A DNA stretch of 64,000 bases, from positions 16,425-80,424 of the forward strand of contig CABYLQ010000005.1 of assembly GCA_902519845.1 (NCBI GenBank), given 5' to 3'. The notes below the pieces were generated by a model. That model did no database searches. It saw nothing but the letters and a program-made list of their open reading frames with translations, and was not told the DNA's origin. Position numbers and translations under genes: made by a program. The DNA comes from an uncultured Candidatus Actinomarina sp. GTDB taxonomy: Bacteria > Actinomycetota > Acidimicrobiia > Actinomarinales > Actinomarinaceae. Positions 58,507 to 64,000 of the stretch are shown here, one piece after another. Each line of letters opens with the position of its first letter. The stretch's first letter is position 1.

Positions 58507-58823
58507 GAAGAGGTAATTGTATTTCCCTCTGATAAATCTTTTATTAACTTGTTTAAAGAAGGATCATTCATAAACATTACGTACTGAATTAGAACAGAAT
58601 TTTCTGGTGCAGCACTTTTTGCTACTCCTGCTAGCCCTTGGTGGGTAACAACTATATCAGTATCTTCTGGTATCTGCGTTGCAGGTGAATGAACTATCTC
58701 TACATCTATACCTGCTTTTTTTGCTTTTTTAATAAGGCTATTTTTAACCATTAAGCTTGACCCTGCCCCAGCCTCACAAGCCAAACATATTTTTTTTACA
58801 TCAGCAGCTTCAATTGAACTCAT
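58503..58823 (-). CDS. PTS mannitol-type EIIB component
   Basis: KKICLACEAGAGSSLM (active-site Cys) and DIVVTHQGL parallel the IIB domain of E. coli MtlA. Confidence 0.75.
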   Translation of the reverse strand: MSSIEAADVKKICLACEAGAGSSLMVKNSLIKKAKKAGIDVEIVHSPATQIPEDTDIVVTHQGLAGVAKSAAPENSVLIQYVMFMNDPSLNKLIKDLSEGNTITSS

Positions 58824-58835
58824 ATAATTCCTTTC

Positions 58836-58872
58836 AAAAAAAAATTGACTTGGGAGTTTCCTCCCAAGTCAA
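58836..58872 (-). terminator. intrinsic terminator/attenuator hairpin between the IIC and IIB genes
   Basis: On the minus strand there is a perfect 12-bp stem TTGACTTGGGAG/CTCCCAAGTCAA with a 4-nt loop. It is followed directly by nine U (A-run 58836-58844 on the plus strand). Confidence 0.6.
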
Positions 58873-58895
58873 TTATAACTAATTTTTGTTAGTTC

Positions 58896-59960
58896 TTAAC
58901 CAAGTCCTGGAATTGAAGAATCAATTGCATCTTCTACTCCAGCATCAGTTTCTTTTATTGGTCGTACTCTAAGCAGTAATGTACCAACAACAGCAGAAGC
59001 AACTGCTCCTATTGCAATACCACCTAATACAGCACCTGTGCCACCTCGCGGTGTCATAGCCAAGAAAGCAAATATACTTCCTGGTGAGGCAGGACCAACT
59101 AGTCCCGCATCAGTAGCTACGAACCAAAGGTCTGCTGAGATTCCACCAGCCCACATCGCAATAATCATAATTGGATGTGCTAGAACGTATGGAAAGTAGA
59201 CCTCGTGAATTCCACCGAAGAAATGGATAATTATCATTCCTGGTGCGGAAGCTTTCCACATACCACTACCAGCAAACCAATATGCAAGTAGCAATCCTAG
59301 TCCGGGACCAGGGTTAGCTTCCAACATGAAAAAGATTGACTTACCCATTTCAGCAGATTCAGCTGCACCTAATGGTGTCAAGACACCGTGGTTTACAGCA
59401 TTATTTAAAAACAGCACTTTTGCCACTTCGATAGGAATGTCTGCTAATGGTACTAAACCACTATCAACTAATCCTGAAGCAAAATTTCCTAATCCGTCAG
59501 AAAATGCTGTCAAAATTGGTGAAAGACCGAAATAAGCTACAACAGCTGTTCCAAGTCCAAGAATACCTGAAGAAAAGTTGTCATAAAGCATCTCAAAGCC
59601 TTCTGGAACACTGTCTTGTAATGCTCCGTCAACCTTTTTAAGAAGCCATGCAGAACCAGGACCTACTAACATAGCGCCTAAGAACTGAGGTGAATCATTA
59701 CCTACAATTATTGCTGCTGTAGTAACAGCACCAATAACTCCACCTCTATGACCGTAGACCATCTTTCCACCTGTATAACCTAATAACATTGGAAGAAGCC
59801 ATTTAATCATAGGAACGACCATTGATGATAGTTCCTCGTTTGGCAACCAACCAGGTCCAATAAAGAGAGCCGTAATAAGCCCCCAAGCGATGAAAGCACC
59901 AATGTTAGGAATAACTATTCCTGACGCAGCACCACCAACGCGTTGTATGAATTCTTTCAT
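58896..59960 (-). CDS. mtlA: PTS mannitol-specific EIIC component
   Basis: VIPNIGAFIAWGLITALFIGPGWLPNE is nearly identical to the MtlA IIC N-terminal signature. Polytopic, 354 aa. Confidence 0.9.
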   Translation of the reverse strand: MKEFIQRVGGAASGIVIPNIGAFIAWGLITALFIGPGWLPNEELSSMVVPMIKWLLPMLLGYTGGKMVYGHRGGVIGAVTTAAIIVGNDSPQFLGAMLVGPGSAWLLKKVDGALQDSVPEGFEMLYDNFSSGILGLGTAVVAYFGLSPILTAFSDGLGNFASGLVDSGLVPLADIPIEVAKVLFLNNAVNHGVLTPLGAAESAEMGKSIFFMLEANPGPGLGLLLAYWFAGSGMWKASAPGMIIIHFFGGIHEVYFPYVLAHPIMIIAMWAGGISADLWFVATDAGLVGPASPGSIFAFLAMTPRGGTGAVLGGIAIGAVASAVVGTLLLRVRPIKETDAGVEDAIDSSIPGLG

Positions 59961-59979
59961 ATCTTTTCAATCCCCCTTT

Positions 59980-59993
59980 AGATTGATCAATCT
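59980..59993. promoter_or_regulatory. 14-bp perfect palindrome AGATTGATCAATCT in the mtlA 5' leader
   Basis: Self-complementary 14-mer 20-33 nt upstream of the mtlA start, just upstream of the AGGGGGA Shine-Dalgarno sequence. Confidence 0.3.
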
Positions 59994-60011
59994 GTCACTT
60001 TTTGTAACAAA

Positions 60012-60036
60012 TATGTGATATTGGTAATATCACATA
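60012..60036. promoter_or_regulatory. candidate operator: 11-bp perfect inverted repeat TATGTGATATT-ggt-AATATCACATA
   Basis: Read directly from the sequence. Lies in the divergent intergenic region between mtlA and the thioredoxin-like gene. Confidence 0.35.
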
Positions 60037-60144
60037 ATTTAATTATAAAAAATATATTTAATCCTTTCACTCGTCTTTAAAGAAATCTTCATATAAATTT
60101 GTAACTTTGATAATTCATGGCAGTCACATAACCCCTATCTTGCT

Positions 60145-60166
60145 TATAATTTATTAAATTAGGAGG
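60145..60166 (+). promoter_or_regulatory. TATAAT -10-like box and AGGAGG ribosome-binding site of the thioredoxin-like gene
   Basis: TATAAT at 60145-60150. AGGAGG at 60161-60166, 5 nt before the ATG at 60172. Confidence 0.35.
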
Positions 60167-60171
60167 TTTTT

Positions 60172-60765
60172 ATGGACGTAGAGTCAACAATGTTACCACT
60201 GGGTACCAAAATGCCTAACTTTAATCTTTTAGGTATTGACGAAAAAATTTATACAAATGAAATGTTTAATGAAAAAGTGGGATCTCTTGTGATGTTTATT
60301 TGTAATCACTGTCCTTTTGTTAAACACGTGAATGATGAGATAGTGAAATTAACAAATGAAATAATGGAAAAAAATATTGCCGTTATAGGAATTAATTCAA
60401 ATGATAGTTCTCAAGAAAAATATGCAGAAGACAGCATTGAAAAAATGAGGGAATATGCAAATGATCTTGAATACAAATTTCCTTATGTTGTTGATGAAGA
60501 TCAGTCAGCAGCAAAAAATTTTACTGCTCAATGTACACCCGACTTTTTTCTATTTGATAGTGAAAGTACTCTTGTCTACCGTGGCCAACTAGATGGGTCT
60601 CGGCCTGGTAATGATATTCCAACTGACGGAGTAAGTTTAAGAAGTGCAATTGATGCTTTACTAAATAATGAAAAACCAATTTCTGAACAGCTTCCTAGTA
60701 TGGGTTGTAATATTAAATGGAAAGTCGGAGAAGAGCCAGATTATTTTTTAAATGTGAAAAACTAA
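60172..60765 (+). CDS. thioredoxin-fold thiol-disulfide oxidoreductase (AhpC/TSA-redoxin-like)
   Basis: FICNHCPFVKH (CxxC) and CTPDFFLFD...YRGQLD are typical of this thioredoxin-like family. Confidence 0.75.
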   Translation: MDVESTMLPLGTKMPNFNLLGIDEKIYTNEMFNEKVGSLVMFICNHCPFVKHVNDEIVKLTNEIMEKNIAVIGINSNDSSQEKYAEDSIEKMREYANDLEYKFPYVVDEDQSAAKNFTAQCTPDFFLFDSESTLVYRGQLDGSRPGNDIPTDGVSLRSAIDALLNNEKPISEQLPSMGCNIKWKVGEEPDYFLNVKN

Positions 60766-61286
60766 TTTATATCTTGGATCTGAACAAAAAGCCTTCTAGA
60801 ACGAGCACAATCTAACTCTACAAAAAACAATCTTTGCCATCTCCCAAGAATAATTTCTGAATCTACAACTGGCAATGTTACGGATGTAGATCCTATGATT
60901 GAACCTCTTACATGTGATCTGCCATTCACATTTTCATCTTCTTGCATATTTTCTGTTCTAAGATCCCAATCATCATGTTCAAAATACTCATCTGAAGGTA
61001 CAAGTTCTTCTAATTTTCTTTTGAAGTCATTAATGTAACCAGTTTCTGATTCGTTAATAATTATTGCTGTTGTTGTGTGTGGAGTTGAGATCGTAACTGA
61101 ACCATGAGCAACATTTGAATTGAATACTAAAAGTTGAATTTTTTCTGTGAAGTCACAGAATTGATTTGTGTCTTGTGTATCAAAATGTAATGCGTATGTG
61201 GAAGATTTGTTTGATGTTGATTTGTACAAATCTACTAATTCGGTTTTTAATACGTCTGCACCAATTCTTTGATTAGGTTTTTTCAT
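60762..61286 (-). CDS. YjbQ/UPF0047-family protein
   Basis: GSVTISTPHTTTAIIINE, GRSHVRGSIIGSTSVTLPV and ILGRWQRLFFVELD match UPF0047. Confidence 0.75.
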   Translation of the reverse strand: MKKPNQRIGADVLKTELVDLYKSTSNKSSTYALHFDTQDTNQFCDFTEKIQLLVFNSNVAHGSVTISTPHTTTAIIINESETGYINDFKRKLEELVPSDEYFEHDDWDLRTENMQEDENVNGRSHVRGSIIGSTSVTLPVVDSEIILGRWQRLFFVELDCARSRRLFVQIQDIN

Positions 61287-61321
61287 AATAATCTCAAATT
61301 TTATAATAACAAAAAGTTAGA

Positions 61322-62545
61322 TTAATCATGATTTAACAAACTATTTTGCATTAACCAATATTTATAAAGATGATTCTCAACTATATCTAGATTATTTATT
61401 TGGATAGGGTCACCTTTTTTTACATCATGATTTAAAATATTATTTTCTGATAAGCCTAACGGTGCAAGGCCTTTAGTATTAGTGACTTTCATAGCTTTTC
61501 CAAAAATATAATCTCCACCAATTGAACCAAGATTTGTTCCTGCCTTTAATTCTGTCTTCGCATGGGCTACAACTTCAATATTCCATGATGTGGCACTTAA
61601 TTGAGTTTCTTTATCAACCATTAGCTTCATAATTGTTCTTGGAATTTCAAGACTTGTTAAGTGATAAGGCCTATAAAGAGTCCAATATGGCCCTTTACCC
61701 ATTTTTAGGTATTCCATTTCGTAATTAACATAATCATCTTCAGAATATACAATTGCAAAAACTCCAGGAGCAACACCAAATGCGTAATCAACAACATTTA
61801 TATTCTTAAGTAGTCCGCCTGAAGATTCTGGAATAAAGATTGAATTTAAACTTTTATAATCAGAATCTGGCCCATGCATGCCATCAATATCCAAATTAAA
61901 ATCTAAATAATTTCCTAATGCAGCCATTTCAATCATTGTTTTACTTCCGTCAACAAAACTTGTTAACATTTTTGGATTCATATTTTTTTTATGAGCTTCT
62001 TCTTCAAGATCTTTTGGTGTTGCATATTTGTTAAAAGGATTGTTTTTACCTTTTCCAATTGCAATTACATCCATAGAGATTTCTTTTGCGAAGTTATATA
62101 ATTCAACAGCAGCTACTGGTTCATCTCCATCGCCAACTGTTACAATGCAATTATTTTTCTTTGCTTCTTCATTGAGTGCTAAACCAATAGTTGCCTCAGT
62201 CTCAACATTTAAAAGTATTAAATGAATTTTTCTATTTAACACTTTTGAGGCAACGTCTGCCCCAGATGCAGGAGTTCCTGTAGCCTCAATAACAATATCT
62301 AAATCATGTTCGTCCAATGCATCGATACTACTTGATAGGATAACTTTTGAATTATTGTTATACCTATTATTTGCCTGTTGTAACCTCTTCTCGTTTTTAT
62401 CAACGACTAAAACTAAATCCGTGAAGTCCATTTTGTTAAGTTGGGCGACAATTCCTTGACCCATTTGACCTGCACCAATTAAGCCCACTTTTGTATTTTC
62501 ACCTCTGTCTGAAACAAAAGTTGAGTATCTATCTAATAAACTCAT
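61322..62545 (-). CDS. NAD(P)-binding oxidoreductase with C-terminal SAF-like domain (homoserine-dehydrogenase-like, COG4091-type)
   Basis: VGLIGAGQMGQG Rossmann motif. The length and C-terminal beta-rich part resemble the COG4091 family. Family assignment is from recollection. Confidence 0.55.
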   Translation of the reverse strand: MSLLDRYSTFVSDRGENTKVGLIGAGQMGQGIVAQLNKMDFTDLVLVVDKNEKRLQQANNRYNNNSKVILSSSIDALDEHDLDIVIEATGTPASGADVASKVLNRKIHLILLNVETEATIGLALNEEAKKNNCIVTVGDGDEPVAAVELYNFAKEISMDVIAIGKGKNNPFNKYATPKDLEEEAHKKNMNPKMLTSFVDGSKTMIEMAALGNYLDFNLDIDGMHGPDSDYKSLNSIFIPESSGGLLKNINVVDYAFGVAPGVFAIVYSEDDYVNYEMEYLKMGKGPYWTLYRPYHLTSLEIPRTIMKLMVDKETQLSATSWNIEVVAHAKTELKAGTNLGSIGGDYIFGKAMKVTNTKGLAPLGLSENNILNHDVKKGDPIQINNLDIVENHLYKYWLMQNSLLNHD

Positions 62546-63223
62546 TTATTTAATACTCCCGCCAAGTCTAGATTTTAAGATTTCTAAATCTTCTTTATAT
62601 GTTATTTTAAGATTTAAATTAGAACCATTTATCACTCTTGATTCTATATCTAAAATTTTTGATACTTGCTGAGTTGTATCGTGTGAGTCCATAATTTTTT
62701 CATCATTATTAAGGTATGCTTTTTCTAAAATATCAAAAGTAAATAATTGAGGAGTTTGAATTTCCATAATATTTTCACTTACAATTTCATTTGAAGTTTT
62801 AGATATAAATTTAGCCTTCATTACTGGTGAACAGGATCCATACTTTTTTGCTTCAATGATAAGATCTTCTAGTAATTCTGCTGGCAAGAAAGATCTTGCA
62901 CAATCGTGAATTGCTATAAGATCATTTTTCTTGATGTCAAATTCATCCAAAGCCCTCAATCCAAGAACTTCACTTTCATGTCTAGTCTCTCCACCCAAAA
63001 TTGTTATTACTTCTTGTTCAAAATTCATGGAGTTTAAAATCTCATTAATTCTTTTTATATTTTCATTGTTGCAAACGATTACAAGTAAAGATATATTTTT
63101 GTTTTTCAAAAAAGTTTCAATAGGAAACTGAATAAGTTCTCTGTCTTCATGCTTTATGAAGAGTTTATCTGCCTCAAATCTTTTGCTAGATCCAGCAGCA
63201 AGTAATATTCCAATGACTTTCAA
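62546..63223 (-). CDS. IspD/TarI-family sugar(alditol)-phosphate cytidylyltransferase
   Basis: ILLAAGSSKRF, GGETRHESEVLGL, IAIHDCARSF and EIQTPQLF follow the IspD/TarI motif order. Confidence 0.75.
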   Translation of the reverse strand: MKVIGILLAAGSSKRFEADKLFIKHEDRELIQFPIETFLKNKNISLLVIVCNNENIKRINEILNSMNFEQEVITILGGETRHESEVLGLRALDEFDIKKNDLIAIHDCARSFLPAELLEDLIIEAKKYGSCSPVMKAKFISKTSNEIVSENIMEIQTPQLFTFDILEKAYLNNDEKIMDSHDTTQQVSKILDIESRVINGSNLNLKITYKEDLEILKSRLGGSIK

Positions 63224-63230
63224 TATATTT

Positions 63231-64000
63231 TTATGATATGAGTTTTCTTAAATTGTGAGAATCTAATGAAGAAAGTATTTCTTCTTTTGTAACGTGAGTT
63301 AAATTATTCTTTGCATAAACCAGAGAGTTTATAATATTTGGCCCTTGTGACGGAGCAATGCTAAAGACTCTTAATCCTAATAGATACAAGACAACAGCGG
63401 CCTCTTTGTCCGATGCCATATCTCCACACACTGAAACTTCAATGTTATTTTCAACACCAACTTGAATTACATTATTTATCAATTTTAATACTCCAGTATC
63501 AAGTGGGTCTTGGTATTTGTTTAATGAAGCAAGACCTCTATCTGCAGCATAGGTATATTGAATTAAATCATTCGTACCAATTGAAAAGAAATTCACATGA
63601 CCAACATATAATTCAGCATTTAATGCTGCAGAGGGTGTCTCGACCATTATTCCAAGAGGAGGTGTTTTAATATTTAATTTCTCAGATTCTTCAATGACAA
63701 TATTTTTAGCTTTTATAAAGTCGTCTAAAATTGACACCATAGGAAACATTATTTTTACTTTATTATTTAATTTTGAGGTGAGGATAGAAACTATTTGCTC
63801 TCTAAAAAGTGCTTCTTCTTCAAATGAATATCTTATCCCTCTTACGCCTAAAAAAGGATTTTCTTCTTTTGGCAATTTTAAATAAGGGACTTGCTTATCT
63901 CCACCAATATCTAGTGTTCTAAAAACAATTGTTTCACTAAACTTTGAATCCAATTCATTATTTATCTTTATCTGATCTTCTAATGAAGGCTTCGTTGTCT
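63231..64000 (-). CDS. ptsI: phosphoenolpyruvate-protein phosphotransferase (PTS enzyme I), C-terminal part; 5' end lies beyond the window
   Basis: RTLDIGGDKQVPYLKLPKEENPFLGVRGIR, IMFPMV, MVETPSAA, FFSIGTNDLIQYT and VCGDMA match EI. The frame stays open upstream of the listed TTG at 63953 to the window edge. Confidence 0.9.
   Translation of the reverse strand, partial: TTKPSLEDQIKINNELDSKFSETIVFRTLDIGGDKQVPYLKLPKEENPFLGVRGIRYSFEEEALFREQIVSILTSKLNNKVKIMFPMVSILDDFIKAKNIVIEESEKLNIKTPPLGIMVETPSAALNAELYVGHVNFFSIGTNDLIQYTYAADRGLASLNKYQDPLDTGVLKLINNVIQVGVENNIEVSVCGDMASDKEAAVVLYLLGLRVFSIAPSQGPNIINSLVYAKNNLTHVTKEEILSSLDSHNLRKLIS

Noticed and set aside
589-63885. Other short ORFs in the track nested antisense in larger genes: 589..828, 1030..1245, 3467..3655, 6084..6323, 9809..9991, 9903..10103, 13721..13942, 17188..17400, 21164..21349, 21575..21868, 24357..24581, 28347..28628, 29550..29798, 33073..33270, 38995..39177, 41794..42000, 49617..50138, 53137..53334, 56597..56896, 57588..57785, 59326..59641, 62028..62225, 62931..63131, 63413..63885
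   Set aside because: Each is fully or largely contained in a longer ORF on the opposite strand that has clear family motifs. Their compositions are low-complexity (Phe/Ser/Ile/Lys-rich), as expected by chance in AT-rich sequence.
1-64000. CRISPR arrays, IS elements, integrases, prophage or toxin-antitoxin/defence genes
   Set aside because: No spaced direct repeats, no transposase, recombinase or integrase motifs, and no recognisable defence-system proteins were found in any frame of the supplied ORFs. The island appears to be purely biosynthetic.

Overview
Very AT-rich, tightly packed bacterial chromosome segment with almost no intergenic space. No rRNA, CRISPR array, transposase or integrase is visible.

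The right part, about 44.8-64 kb, looks like core genome. It carries argS, glnII with a divergent OmpR-type regulator, an ErpA/IscA-like protein, selA-selB, a WhiB-family regulator, NfeD and CorC. It also carries a split mannitol PTS operon (IIC | IIB-IIA-mtlD-ptsH), a thioredoxin-like protein, and a ptsI-cytidylyltransferase-dehydrogenase-YjbQ operon. WhiB plus GlnII plus low G+C suggests a streamlined low-GC actinobacterium; this is inference.

The left ~45 kb is one large cell-envelope glycan biosynthesis island:
- about 20 glycosyltransferases (GT2, GT4, GT9-like, GT11-like, GT26, GT47-like, GT61)
- three large polytopic membrane proteins (two GT-C-like, one Wzy-like at 40781-42829) plus a separate Wzy/O-antigen-ligase-like protein
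- a WbaP-type initiating phosphoglycosyltransferase
- an MsbA/PglK-type ABC exporter
- an AT3-SGNH O-acetyltransferase
- a gmd operon with an aminotransferase, and two fcl paralogs
- an RmlB-like dehydratase
- five methyltransferases
- a fused glutamine amidotransferase / WbpG-like sugar amidotransferase

Four tRNA genes (Phe, Asp, Lys, Arg) are interspersed in the right end of the island.

Points worth follow-up:
- the amidotransferase fusion coupled to a flippase-like membrane protein
- a possible GDP-amino-sugar pathway containing a cupin
- two full-length ORFs without canonical start codons
- a cluster of gene relics marking a recombination scar
- an N-terminal Cys-containing module shared by two unrelated membrane enzymes
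- glycan genes that abut or overlap tRNA 3' ends
- a strong intrinsic terminator inside the mtl operon
- recurrent TTAA shared-stop convergent gene junctions
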